The notes: a model not told the origin generated them from the letters alone. A stretch of 64,000 bases of DNA from a virus (IMGVR_UViG_3300025653_000030:10500-74499), one strand, 5' to 3'. Shown: positions 1 to 9,245, counted from the stretch's first letter. A program made the numbers and translations.

Positions 1-1
1 T

Positions 2-151
2 CAACTAACTCTTTCTCAATGTGAAAGAATATATAAAGAAATGTATGATGTGTTAGAGCACAATTATAATCTAAGAAACAAGATTAAAAATAACTACCAA
101 CATGAGGGATGTTATTCTGATGTATCTTATATTAAAAATAATTTGAAATGA
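2..151 (+). CDS. 3' end of a gene truncated by the window edge (…QCERIYKEMYDVLEHNYNL…NNLK*)
   Basis: Open frame from base 2 to TGA 149-151, overlapping the next ATG (ATGA); resembles the C-termini of the GT10-like ORFs at 12844 and 55257. Confidence 0.7.
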   Translation, partial: QLTLSQCERIYKEMYDVLEHNYNLRNKIKNNYQHEGCYSDVSYIKNNLK

Positions 152-894
152 AAAACATAATAGTTAGTGGATGTTCGTATTCTCAGAATTGTGGTCATAT
201 ACCATATCCTGAATTACTTAAAAAAAGAACTACCTCATCGGTTACCAACCTTGCATGGCCAGGTCAAGGTAATGATTCTATTATAAGAATCATAAACGAA
301 CAAATAGAACAAGGTGCTAAAGATACTTTGTTTATTTGTCAATTATCTTATTTACATAGGATAAGTTTATTTTGTAATGCAAATCAAAAGTGGACTGATT
401 TTCAACCAAACTTTATAAATCAAAAACCACAAGTAAGAGATGGAAATGTTGTGTTTGATTTTAACAAAGATATAAAACATAACAAAGGAGGTATTGGTAC
501 ATTTAAATCTACAAAAGAAAAACAAGTAGGATTTACAGAAGAAGAATATCGTGAATTAATGATTTGGTATGAAACATATCTTAAAATAATATATGATGAA
601 AATCATAGGTTTGAATCTTTAATGAAAGATATAGATTCATTAAACTATTCGGTTGATAATAGTGGTAATAAAATTATATACCTTTATTGGCCACATGAAA
701 TAGTTGATATAGATGAACTAAAGAAAAGAAACTTTTTTAATATAGATGGAGAATACTCTATGTTAAAATGGAGTATAGATAATGAGATGATATCAAATGA
801 TTCACATCTTAATGATAAAGGACATGCAACACTTACAGAATTATTAATAGATAAACTGAATATTGAAACAAAAGAAAATTTAACAATTTTATAG
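148..894 (+). CDS. SGNH/GDSL-hydrolase-like protein
   Basis: IVSGCSYS (block I), NLAWPGQGND (block II), C-terminal DSHLNDKGH (block V DxH); paralogous to 19162. Confidence 0.6.
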   Translation: MKNIIVSGCSYSQNCGHIPYPELLKKRTTSSVTNLAWPGQGNDSIIRIINEQIEQGAKDTLFICQLSYLHRISLFCNANQKWTDFQPNFINQKPQVRDGNVVFDFNKDIKHNKGGIGTFKSTKEKQVGFTEEEYRELMIWYETYLKIIYDENHRFESLMKDIDSLNYSVDNSGNKIIYLYWPHEIVDIDELKKRNFFNIDGEYSMLKWSIDNEMISNDSHLNDKGHATLTELLIDKLNIETKENLTIL

Positions 895-911
895 AATATA
901 TACTTATATAC

Positions 912-1148
912 ATGGATACAATTATTACATTTATTTTCGGAATCGTAACGGCACTTATTCTCATAGGAGTAATATTTGCAGTTAGACAGTTGAACGCTTT
1001 AAATCAAAAGATAGAAGATTTACAAGATGATATTGAAGAACAAGAAAATGCATTAGAACAACTTGAACAAGATATCACAAGAGAAGTTCAACAGCTGTAT
1101 GATACAGCAATAGAACAGATTAACCAGAGATTTAACAACCAAGGTTAA
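912..1148 (+). CDS. small membrane-anchored coiled-coil protein
   Basis: N-terminal hydrophobic helix followed by a heptad-rich acidic tail. Confidence 0.7.
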   Translation: MDTIITFIFGIVTALILIGVIFAVRQLNALNQKIEDLQDDIEEQENALEQLEQDITREVQQLYDTAIEQINQRFNNQG

Positions 1149-1154
1149 ACTACC

Positions 1155-1227
1155 GCTCCGGTCGTCTATCGGTTTAGGACACCACCCTTTCACGGTGGAG
1201 AGCGGGGTTCGATTCCCCGTCGGAGTA
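1155..1227 (+). tRNA. tRNA-Glu (anticodon TTC)
   Basis: Acceptor GCTCCGG/TCGGAGT, anticodon arm CCACC-CTTTCAC-GGTGG, T loop GGTTCGATTCC; CCA not encoded. Confidence 0.95.
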
Positions 1228-1228
1228 C

Positions 1229-1657
1229 AACTATCGTTCATTGAAATATTAACTAAAATTAAAATTAAAAATTATGGAAACACTTTATATTGTAATAGGT
1301 GCATTCTCATCCATCTTTATATTCCTATTGGGGTATGCGGTGAGTGGTGTATTTAATGGAAAAAAGCGATTAGATTATTTAGAATCCTATATAGAGGATA
1401 CTGAAAGACAGATTAACAATCTTGATAGAGATATAAATCTGAGAGTAGATAAAGATATCGAAGATACACATCAAACATTTAGAGATGTAGAAATCGATTT
1501 AAGAAGTCAGTTAGATTCGAGACTGGATAAACTTACGAATCAAATAATTAAAAAGATTCCACCTACCAACGAAGAGTTGATAGAAAGAATCGAGAAAATA
1601 GAAGAAGAATCTTACAGACTTCGAATGAATATGTAAGATTTTATTTGAACGATAGTT
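1229..1657. repeat. 12-bp perfect inverted repeat AACTATCGTTCA (1229-1240) / TGAACGATAGTT (1646-1657)
   Basis: Exact reverse complements lying in the tRNA-Glu trailer and tRNA-Ala leader, bracketing ORF 1274-1636. Confidence 0.85.
1274..1636 (+). CDS. membrane-anchored coiled-coil protein
   Basis: N-terminal TM helix plus charged coiled coil; A-rich leader (aaaattaaaattATG). Confidence 0.75.
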   Translation: METLYIVIGAFSSIFIFLLGYAVSGVFNGKKRLDYLESYIEDTERQINNLDRDINLRVDKDIEDTHQTFRDVEIDLRSQLDSRLDKLTNQIIKKIPPTNEELIERIEKIEEESYRLRMNM

Positions 1658-1659
1658 AA

Positions 1660-1733
1660 GGGGAATTAGCTCAGCTGGCTAGAGCGCTTCGCTTGCACCG
1701 AAGAGGTCATCGGTTCGACTCCGATATTCTCCA
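1660..1733 (+). tRNA. tRNA-Ala (anticodon TGC)
   Basis: Acceptor GGGGAAT/ATTCTCC, anticodon arm CTTCG-CTTGCAC-CGAAG, GGTTCGACTCC. Confidence 0.95.
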
Positions 1734-1752
1734 CTAATTTTAAAACACAATT

Positions 1753-2214
1753 ATGAGTAAATTAAAAGAGAAGTTTGGTAAGTACTTTGAATTCAAAAAT
1801 ACCATTGATGGAATGACATATTTTCTGAGAGGATTAGCAACTATATTATTTGCTATTCCAATTGGAATATTCATGGGAATAGGAATTGTAACAATGGCAG
1901 CAAATGTACTTGTTGGTAGTTTACTTGTTTTATTAGGATGTTTGTTTATTATACCAATGATTTGGTTTTCACTAGCAACATCCTATAAAAGAATAAATGC
2001 ATTCTTTCCAAAACAGGCAACTCTTCTAACTATATTGACATTTCTTTGGTCTGGTATAGGAGAAGTTTTTAATCCTAATAGTGGAGTACAACCAGGTGAT
2101 ACTTTCGTAAACCCAGCAAGTAGTCCAATCTATATAGTAATAATCCTTGTAGGTTTGATTTGGAGTTTCTATTTACTATTTGGTAATTCCAAAGTTAAGA
2201 AACATATTGGATAA
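1753..2214 (+). CDS. multi-pass membrane protein, DUF805-like
   Basis: Four hydrophobic segments; 'F..TI....YFLR' start and '[11 protein letters not shown]' resemble DUF805. Confidence 0.55.
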   Translation: MSKLKEKFGKYFEFKNTIDGMTYFLRGLATILFAIPIGIFMGIGIVTMAANVLVGSLLVLLGCLFIIPMIWFSLATSYKRINAFFPKQATLLTILTFLWSGIGEVFNPNSGVQPGDTFVNPASSPIYIVIILVGLIWSFYLLFGNSKVKKHIG

Positions 2215-2224
2215 ACTAAAGGTA

Positions 2225-2310
<86 letters not shown>

Positions 2311-2322
2311 AAAAAATAACAA

Positions 2323-2526
2323 ATGAGATTTCCTTCATATAAAAGACCGATACGATATATTAACAATACACCATATCTTGTTCATGCAATTATACCGATT
2401 GAAAGATGTAAGAATGTTAACATGATTAAGGAATGGTTGGGAGTTGATACGGCTTTTAAAGTACAAAGAGAAGGAAGTTATTGGTTTTGTGAAACAATCG
2501 AAGATGTAAATTGGGAACAGATATAA
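2323..2526 (+). CDS. hypothetical protein
   Basis: 67-aa ORF in the operon, normal codon usage. Confidence 0.65.
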   Translation: MRFPSYKRPIRYINNTPYLVHAIIPIERCKNVNMIKEWLGVDTAFKVQREGSYWFCETIEDVNWEQI

Positions 2527-2535
2527 TTATATAAT

Positions 2536-2991
2536 ATGAGGTGGGTAGAATACTTTAGAAAATTGGCACATACAGTTAAACTTAAATCCAAAGATGAGAG
2601 TACACAAATAGGTGCAATTATTGTTGGTAAAGATAAAGAAATAGTATCTACTGGTTACAACTCATTTCCAAGAGGATTAAAAGATTACGAAAAAGAAAGA
2701 CAGGAAAGACCAGAAAAGTATTTTTGGTTTGAACATGCAGAAAGAAATGCTATTTATAATGCTGCAAGAATAGGAGTATCAACTAAAGGTTGTACTATGT
2801 ATCTATCTTGTGGAATCCCTTGTTCAGATTGTACAAGAGGAATTATAAATTCAGGTATCACACGAATCTTTTGTGAAAGAGGTGATGTTACCAAAGGCCC
2901 ACATTGGGAAGAAAACTATGAAAGAAGTTGGGCCATGTTGGAAGAGGCTGGAGTTAATGTACAATTTTATGATGATGAATTCTATGGATAA
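2536..2991 (+). CDS. dCMP deaminase
   Basis: HAERNAI and PCSDC zinc motifs, GYNSFPRG. Confidence 0.92.
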   Translation: MRWVEYFRKLAHTVKLKSKDESTQIGAIIVGKDKEIVSTGYNSFPRGLKDYEKERQERPEKYFWFEHAERNAIYNAARIGVSTKGCTMYLSCGIPCSDCTRGIINSGITRIFCERGDVTKGPHWEENYERSWAMLEEAGVNVQFYDDEFYG

Positions 2992-3115
2992 TAAAGAAAA
3001 CAAACAGACAAAGGAAATACTCGATGAAATAGTAAAGTTGAAGCTTCAACATCCACTATCAGAAGAGGGTAAGTTACGAATACAAAAACTACAACAGAAG
3101 TTAAACAAGTCATGA
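2984..3115 (+). CDS. small hypothetical protein (MDNKENKQTKEILDEIVKLKL…)
   Basis: 43-aa 3' part of track ORF 2873-3115; the ATG overlaps the end of the deaminase gene. Confidence 0.55.
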   Translation: MDNKENKQTKEILDEIVKLKLQHPLSEEGKLRIQKLQQKLNKS

Positions 3116-3285
3116 CAGAAGAAAAGATGATTGAGGAAATTCTATACTCTTCTCATTCAGTAGGAAAGATGAGAGAGGTGATGGATAGAGCACATGATAT
3201 TATGGGGTCTGAAGAATTTAAAGAAAGAAGAGTAGATGCTTACACTCAAGCGTATAGAGAGTTAGTTTCTTCGGAAGGATATTAG
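3112..3285 (+). CDS. small hypothetical protein (MTEEKMIEEILYSSHS…)
   Basis: 57-aa ORF filling the gap, ATGA-coupled to the previous gene; below the track cutoff. Confidence 0.65.
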   Translation: MTEEKMIEEILYSSHSVGKMREVMDRAHDIMGSEEFKERRVDAYTQAYRELVSSEGY

Positions 3286-3288
3286 TGG

Positions 3289-4080
3289 GTGAATGATTAT
3301 ACACCAAAAACAAATTCAGCAGAATGGCATATTACTTATAAGTGTGATTTAAATTGTACTAATTGTAATAGGTTCTGTTTTTTACCACCCACCACTAAAG
3401 ATATGACTTTAGATGATGCAAGATTGTTTGTATCACAATGTAAAGAATTAAACTGGTCACCAAAGATTATTTTAATGGGTGGTGAACCAACACTACATAA
3501 AAATATATTCGAGTTTGTTGAAATAGCAAAAGAGATAACAGATGATATTGAAATATACTCAAACTGTTTTAGACCACAATCAAAACCCATATTAAGAAAA
3601 CTAAAAAAACTTGGAGTTAAATCACCAGAGTGGGCATATAAACCAAATGGAGATGTACCATTGCAGAATCAAAACCAAATGTTGGCTCCAATAGATTTTG
3701 GAGTAAAGAATCATGGCCCATGTGATTGGCACTCATCAAGATACTATAAAGATATAGGATGGAACTGTGGTATATCAGTTGATTCAGAAGGATATAGTGT
3801 TTGTATAGTTGGGGGAGCTGTTGATGGTTTACTTGATTTAAATTTAAGAACAAAAGATTTAAAAAAGATATTTGATAAAAAGTTTGCTGAATATCAAACA
3901 CATGAATTATGTAATAATTGTGGAGCTTGTTTTGATGTAAATGAACACGATAAGAATCACTCTATACCAGATGAAGTAAATCAATTCATTGATAAAGTAA
4001 GTTCTGTAAGAGGAGCATTAGTATCACCAAAATATAAACAAGCTATTGAAGATAAGTTTGGAGTGAGTTTTTTAGATTAA
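3289..4080 (+). CDS. radical SAM protein
   Basis: CDLNCTNC (CxxxCxxC), LMGGEPTLH, extra C-terminal Cys (SPASM/twitch-like); GTG start. Confidence 0.88.
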   Translation: MNDYTPKTNSAEWHITYKCDLNCTNCNRFCFLPPTTKDMTLDDARLFVSQCKELNWSPKIILMGGEPTLHKNIFEFVEIAKEITDDIEIYSNCFRPQSKPILRKLKKLGVKSPEWAYKPNGDVPLQNQNQMLAPIDFGVKNHGPCDWHSSRYYKDIGWNCGISVDSEGYSVCIVGGAVDGLLDLNLRTKDLKKIFDKKFAEYQTHELCNNCGACFDVNEHDKNHSIPDEVNQFIDKVSSVRGALVSPKYKQAIEDKFGVSFLD

Positions 4081-4081
4081 T

Positions 4082-4090
4082 ATATTTATT
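4082..4090 (+). promoter_or_regulatory. late-type promoter motif variant ATATTTATT
   Basis: One mismatch to the ATATTTATA consensus, 5 nt before ATG 4096. Confidence 0.4.
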
Positions 4091-4095
4091 AGTAT

Positions 4096-5496
4096 ATGGC
4101 ACTAAATAAATTTGGAAAAGATTCGGGCATCTTCGGATGGAGAAGGAAAAGAGAAAGTAGATTAAGGAGTAGACCTATTCAAGGAATTACACCTCCACCT
4201 CCCCCTGCCAATATTACACCCCCACCCCCACCACCAAGTAGTAAGAACGATGGTGGTAAAAAGGCAGGTGGTAGTGTAAGTAAACAAGTAAATAGACCAA
4301 CTCAAGCAAAGACAATTCCTGTTTCACCAATTCAATCAACATCAGCGATAAAATCAAATTCATCCTTACCTTATGTACAAAATCCATATCCAGCAGACAT
4401 AGGATTAGACCCAAGTGCGTATTATACAGCCGATGGTAAGGATATAAAATTTACAGGCAAATATCCTGATAACTTTTTAACATTTACTGAAGTGCCAGTT
4501 GGTGATATAACCGCTGTATCTGGTATCAACATTAACTTTATTGTAAAGTTTAGTGATGGAACTTTTTATACATCACCACAATTTAAAGGTATATTAGAAG
4601 CTGAACAAAGGTCAAGAAATCCATATAAAAACAGAAACACAGTTCCTACTATCAATATAGATTCTAATTTCTTAACCTCATATGCTGGAAAAAATAAATT
4701 CAAAACACCTGAAGATTATGCAGAAGTTTCTGTAACAAAAACAATATCATCAAAACAAGATATATTAACACACATCAATTGGTTAGTAGGTCCTGGTGAA
4801 ACACTAAGAGAGGCAAAAGAGATTGGAAGTTGGAGTGTTGAAAAAACTGAACAACTTGGGATGGACCACCAACCTGCATTAGATGCATTGGAAGGACAAG
4901 AAAGAATACAATCAGCTGAAGAACCAAATGTAGAAGTAGATGTAACAACGGCTTCAGACCCAGTCCCAACTACACCAATAGAAACTGATAACAATGAAGG
5001 TAATGATACAGCAACAACACCAACGGGAGATTCAACACCCCCACCTCCACCAAAACCTACACCAGACCCATTACCTCCACCACCTCCACCGCCACCGATA
5101 GTACCTCCGTTTAATGTGAGTGTACCTCCAATGACAGGTGGAAAGAAAATTATATGTGGTGAATTGTATAGACAAGGATATCTATCGGAAACAATATGGA
5201 AAGCTGACCAATTGTTTGGAAAGAAAGTATTTAAAACACATCCTCGTATAATGTTAGGATATACTTTTTGGGCAAGAAATGTGGTAAAGTATATGAAGAA
5301 TAATCCACATAGAACTGAGAGATTATATAGATTTTTTAAACCATGGACAGAACATATGGCATACCGAATGGGTGTTGTAGAAAAAGATAACTTGTTGGGT
5401 AATATTACTCATAAAGTTGGTTATGTTATTTCTTTAGTTGTTTACAACTATCACCAAATTAAATGGGGAAGGTTTAAATTTTCGTATGGTAAATAA
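4096..5496 (+). CDS. proline-rich protein with C-terminal GGKKIIC domain (probably virion-associated)
   Basis: Several poly-Pro tracts and a Thr/Asp-rich linker; C-terminal ~115-aa domain starting GGKKIICGELYRQG. Confidence 0.75.
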   Translation: MALNKFGKDSGIFGWRRKRESRLRSRPIQGITPPPPPANITPPPPPPSSKNDGGKKAGGSVSKQVNRPTQAKTIPVSPIQSTSAIKSNSSLPYVQNPYPADIGLDPSAYYTADGKDIKFTGKYPDNFLTFTEVPVGDITAVSGININFIVKFSDGTFYTSPQFKGILEAEQRSRNPYKNRNTVPTINIDSNFLTSYAGKNKFKTPEDYAEVSVTKTISSKQDILTHINWLVGPGETLREAKEIGSWSVEKTEQLGMDHQPALDALEGQERIQSAEEPNVEVDVTTASDPVPTTPIETDNNEGNDTATTPTGDSTPPPPPKPTPDPLPPPPPPPPIVPPFNVSVPPMTGGKKIICGELYRQGYLSETIWKADQLFGKKVFKTHPRIMLGYTFWARNVVKYMKNNPHRTERLYRFFKPWTEHMAYRMGVVEKDNLLGNITHKVGYVISLVVYNYHQIKWGRFKFSYGK

Positions 5497-5836
5497 ATAT
5501 TATAACATAGTTAGTTGGAAAAAGTATCTAATTCCACATACAGATAGAATAAAAAACTTCTTAGATTCGAGAGGAGTAGATGTGTTTACACAAATATCTG
5601 ATATGATAAATAAAGCAAGTATTACAAAACAAAAAGAAGTTGTTCTTGTTGTACATCCACACTTATCAAGTGCTATATCTATAAAAGAAAAAGATTATCT
5701 TGAAGTACTTAATTTGTGTATAGATTTTCTTGCATCAAAAGAACAATATGAAAGATGTAGTAAAATAAAAAAATATAAACAAAATCTAAAAAAGAACAAG
5801 AGTAAAGAATCAAAAACAACCAAAAGTTTAATTTGA
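5486..5836 (+). CDS. hypothetical protein with UvrB/UvrC-like helical motif
   Basis: Start moved to ATG 5486; 'FLASKEQYERCSKIK' resembles the UVR motif. Confidence 0.6.
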   Translation: MVNKYYNIVSWKKYLIPHTDRIKNFLDSRGVDVFTQISDMINKASITKQKEVVLVVHPHLSSAISIKEKDYLEVLNLCIDFLASKEQYERCSKIKKYKQNLKKNKSKESKTTKSLI

Positions 5837-5838
5837 AC

Positions 5839-5847
5839 ATATTTATA
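5839..5847 (+). promoter_or_regulatory. late-type promoter motif ATATTTATA
   Basis: Exact copy in the intergenic gap upstream of 5879. Confidence 0.6.
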
Positions 5848-5878
5848 GAAGTATAGATAAAAAGGATATATCCCACAT

Positions 5879-7834
5879 ATGAAAGGTACATTAATTTCAG
5901 TTGATTTTGTTAAGGATTCAGATGGCAATTATAGATTTGTCGAAATGAATACTGATACTGCAGCCTCAAACAACTTTATAAATACTCATTTAGATTGGAG
6001 TGAACTAATTGCTTGGTTTACATCAACACCAGAATTAGAATCAAGTGTTGATACTGTTGGTGTTGTATTTAAAGAAGAAATACATCGTAATTTAGTAAAC
6101 TCATTATCTCAATCAATACACACAAACCTTGGAGACCAGATTACTACATGGGTTGAAGAATCGGAAGATATTGATACTATCTATCCAACCACAATAGAAG
6201 ATAATTATAACAAAATGATTATTAGAATGGCCTATGATGAAAACGCCATTCTTGATTCAACTTATTGTAAAAACGCATCTAATGCACTTGAATTATTTGT
6301 AGATAATGATGATAGTGGTAGTTGTGTTAATTTTTATTACTCATCATCAGAAGATGGAGTATATGATAGTTTAGATATATCTGAAAACTCATCACCATTT
6401 CCTGATTTCGTTTACAAACATAAAACACCACACAATAGTGTTCAGTTTGGAAAGATACCTCATGTTTCTGACTCTGCAACATTACAAGAAAGATGGGATA
6501 AGTTAAAAGAATATAGTGCTTCAACAGGTAGTAATGATGAATTATTTATAATGAATTATCATGTTGCTCCATCATACTCTACTGATAATGTTGTTCAATC
6601 ATTAAGACAATATTATATTGTACATGGTGATAACTTATCATTGTTTCATATAGGAAGTCATGTAATTCCTGCTCAATATACATTACCATCAGCATCTGTT
6701 ATTGATACTGCTTCATATAATCAATGGTCATCATCTATTGAAATGATGAGTGGTAGTAATGTAGATGATATACCATATATGTACCCAAGAAAACATTACT
6801 ATGAATACTCAACATCTTTACCAAAAGAAAATAGAGTAAACATGGATGGTGTTTATGAAACAGAACAATTTGTTTCATCTTCAGATGAGAATGTAGTACC
6901 ATGGATGATACCAACTGGCTCTACATTAAAAACAATACATATTGCTGGAATGCCTGATACAGATGTTTCATCAGAATATTTACAATTTTCATATACAGGT
7001 TCTGCTTTACCATCTGGTTCATACGAAACTTCATCGGTAGTTACTTCAGTTTCATGGCAACCAATGAAAACAAATACTTTATTCGAAGTATCTCTTTCTA
7101 ATGATGATAAGAAATATTTTGGTGAAGGAGCTGCTGTATTAACATACTCAACATCATCTGATGAAACAAGATTTGAAATTGTAAACACATTAGAAGCAGA
7201 TGATAATTACTTTGTTAATAAAGATGGAAATTTAATAGATATAACTTCAGTTAAACATCTTGTTTTCACAGAACCAACCGGTAGTTTTGTAAAGATAGAT
7301 GTTGAATCAACTGATACACTTTTAACTGATGGTAACTATTTCTCGATTGTTGTACACAACGCTTGTTTTGTAGAAGGTACAACTATATCTTTATCAAATG
7401 GAGATACTAAAAACATTGAAGATATTATTGTTGGAGATGAAGTTCTTTCATATAACGAAGAAACTAAAGAAATAGAAAGTAAAAAAGTAATAGGTACACA
7501 AACACCAAACCATACTAATTTAGTTAAATATAAATTATCAAATGGAACTGAATTAGTTTGTACACATGACCATCCATTCTACATTGAATGTGATGCTAAA
7601 GATTTAGCTTCATTTAAACCTGGTAAAACTCTTTCAAGATACAATTGGAAAGATGATAGAGTTGCTTTAATAGAGGTTGGTGATAATCTTTATGATTCAA
7701 ACTTAGAACCAGTAACTATTGAATCGATAGAAGATATAAGTAATGAAACAGTTAAAACATTTATATTCCAAGTAGAAGATAATAGTAACTTCTTTGCAAA
7801 TGGAATATTAACACACAATAAAGGACAGGTATAA
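5879..7834 (+). CDS. permuted ATP-grasp-like protein with two tandem Hint-like domains
   Basis: N-terminal SVDFVKDSDGNYRFVEMNTDT; internal …IDVESTD…IVVHN directly followed by ACFVEGT…IVGDEV…CTHDHPF…NFFANGILTHN. Confidence 0.75.
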   Translation: MKGTLISVDFVKDSDGNYRFVEMNTDTAASNNFINTHLDWSELIAWFTSTPELESSVDTVGVVFKEEIHRNLVNSLSQSIHTNLGDQITTWVEESEDIDTIYPTTIEDNYNKMIIRMAYDENAILDSTYCKNASNALELFVDNDDSGSCVNFYYSSSEDGVYDSLDISENSSPFPDFVYKHKTPHNSVQFGKIPHVSDSATLQERWDKLKEYSASTGSNDELFIMNYHVAPSYSTDNVVQSLRQYYIVHGDNLSLFHIGSHVIPAQYTLPSASVIDTASYNQWSSSIEMMSGSNVDDIPYMYPRKHYYEYSTSLPKENRVNMDGVYETEQFVSSSDENVVPWMIPTGSTLKTIHIAGMPDTDVSSEYLQFSYTGSALPSGSYETSSVVTSVSWQPMKTNTLFEVSLSNDDKKYFGEGAAVLTYSTSSDETRFEIVNTLEADDNYFVNKDGNLIDITSVKHLVFTEPTGSFVKIDVESTDTLLTDGNYFSIVVHNACFVEGTTISLSNGDTKNIEDIIVGDEVLSYNEETKEIESKKVIGTQTPNHTNLVKYKLSNGTELVCTHDHPFYIECDAKDLASFKPGKTLSRYNWKDDRVALIEVGDNLYDSNLEPVTIESIEDISNETVKTFIFQVEDNSNFFANGILTHNKGQV

Positions 7835-7836
7835 TC

Positions 7837-7995
7837 ATGGCAGTACAAAAATCAGAAATACAAAATCATGTTTATCGTTCAAAAGAAAACGGTACAGTAT
7901 CAGCAAATATCACAGCGGTAAGTAACAGCGAAGTAACTTCATGTAAATCAGTTGTTACAAACTTAATGACATATATTATCGCAAAACACTCTTAG
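7837..7995 (+). CDS. 52-aa peptide MAVQKSEIQNHVYRSKENGTVSANITAVSNSEVTSCKSVVTNLMTYIIAKHS
   Basis: Clean ORF starting 2 nt after the 5879 stop and filling the gap; below the track cutoff. Confidence 0.7.
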   Translation: MAVQKSEIQNHVYRSKENGTVSANITAVSNSEVTSCKSVVTNLMTYIIAKHS

Positions 7996-8010
7996 TAAAT
8001 TAACTCTTCT

Positions 8011-8019
8011 ATATTTATA
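8011..8019 (+). promoter_or_regulatory. late-type promoter motif ATATTTATA
   Basis: Exact intergenic copy upstream of 8039. Confidence 0.6.
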
Positions 8020-8038
8020 TTCGTAAAGATGTTACTTT

Positions 8039-8593
8039 ATGGATACAACTAAGATACTACAACTAAAACTTACAAAAGAAAGTTTAGTTCCTTTTGAAAT
8101 CTTGGAAGATTATAAAATAGTTTTGGTAAATAAAGAAAACTATAATACTTATCTTCGTGAACTTTCCTATGTTTCACATTTAATGAAACAAGACTTCGAT
8201 TGGGTTGGGATTCCTGATGAACTTATGTTACATAGTAGGTTCGAAACACACAACTCTTCAGTACATTTATTTTACTACAACCATTCACCAATTGGTTGGA
8301 TGTGGGGTAATCCAAACCACACACCACTTTGGGAAGAAATGTATCAACCACTTAAGCCAAATGAGATGTTTGTTGGTGGTGCATTTGTTACTCAAAAATT
8401 AAAAAACAAACCAAAAGGATGTGGAGTTAGTATGTATCATTTAACTCTAAAAAAGTTTTTAGAGTATGATGGAGTTGATTGTTTGTATTCACATGCTGAC
8501 ACTTGGAATGATAAATCAATTCATATTTGTTATAAAGTGGGTTGGTATGATTTTAATTTTATAAAGGAGAATAATGGCAACACAGAACATTAG
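8039..8593 (+). CDS. GNAT-family N-acetyltransferase-like protein
   Basis: FVGGAFV…PKGCG (motif A-like) and WNDKSIHICYKVGW (motif B N..S....K.GF-like). Confidence 0.6.
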   Translation: MDTTKILQLKLTKESLVPFEILEDYKIVLVNKENYNTYLRELSYVSHLMKQDFDWVGIPDELMLHSRFETHNSSVHLFYYNHSPIGWMWGNPNHTPLWEEMYQPLKPNEMFVGGAFVTQKLKNKPKGCGVSMYHLTLKKFLEYDGVDCLYSHADTWNDKSIHICYKVGWYDFNFIKENNGNTEH

Positions 8594-9242
8594 TAAACAA
8601 GCACCAAAAGGTAAAATAAAGTTTTCAATAACTCTATCAGAAGAACAAAAGATGGCAAAGACAAATATCTTATACCATCCATATAACTTCGTAATGGGTA
8701 AAGCTGGTAGTGGTAAAACATTACTTGCAGTACAAATTGCATTAGATATGTTTTTTACTCGTAAGATAAATCAAATCGTTATAACAAGACCAACAGTATC
8801 AAATGAGGATAATGGATACCTACCAGGTTCATTAGATGAAAAGATGGAGCCATGGTTAGTACCGATTCGTTCTAATATGAGAAAGGTTTATAACAAACCA
8901 ACTATATTACAAAAGATGGAATCGGATGAAAACATCGAGTTAGTATCACTATCTCACTTTAGAGGTAGAACCTTTGATAATGCTTGTGTAATCGTAGATG
9001 AGTTTCAGAACTTAACTAAACAACAACTTAGTATGGTGTTAGGTAGATTAGGAAAAAAATCAACTATGATTCTTACAGGTGACCCACAACAAATAGATTT
9101 AAAGTTTCCAAATGATTCAGCAATACACGAAGTACCAAAAATCAAAGAATCACAATATGTATATCAAGTAAGTTTATTAGATAATCATAGACATGAATCA
9201 TTAGATGAAATACTAAGATTATTATCCGCTTATGCAACATAG
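8574..9242 (+). CDS. phoH: PhoH-like ATPase
   Basis: GKAGSGKT, ITRP, RGRTF, VDEFQN, GDPQQID. Confidence 0.93.
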   Translation: MATQNISKQAPKGKIKFSITLSEEQKMAKTNILYHPYNFVMGKAGSGKTLLAVQIALDMFFTRKINQIVITRPTVSNEDNGYLPGSLDEKMEPWLVPIRSNMRKVYNKPTILQKMESDENIELVSLSHFRGRTFDNACVIVDEFQNLTKQQLSMVLGRLGKKSTMILTGDPQQIDLKFPNDSAIHEVPKIKESQYVYQVSLLDNHRHESLDEILRLLSAYAT

Positions 9243-9245
9243 GTT

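Noticed and set aside
1053-1241. Minus-strand ORF, and likewise 10467-10679
   Set aside because: Antisense shadows of tRNA genes
7361-7834. Splicing intein or homing element
   Set aside because: The terminal His-Asn is followed by Lys, there is no endonuclease domain, and the C-extein is only 4 aa
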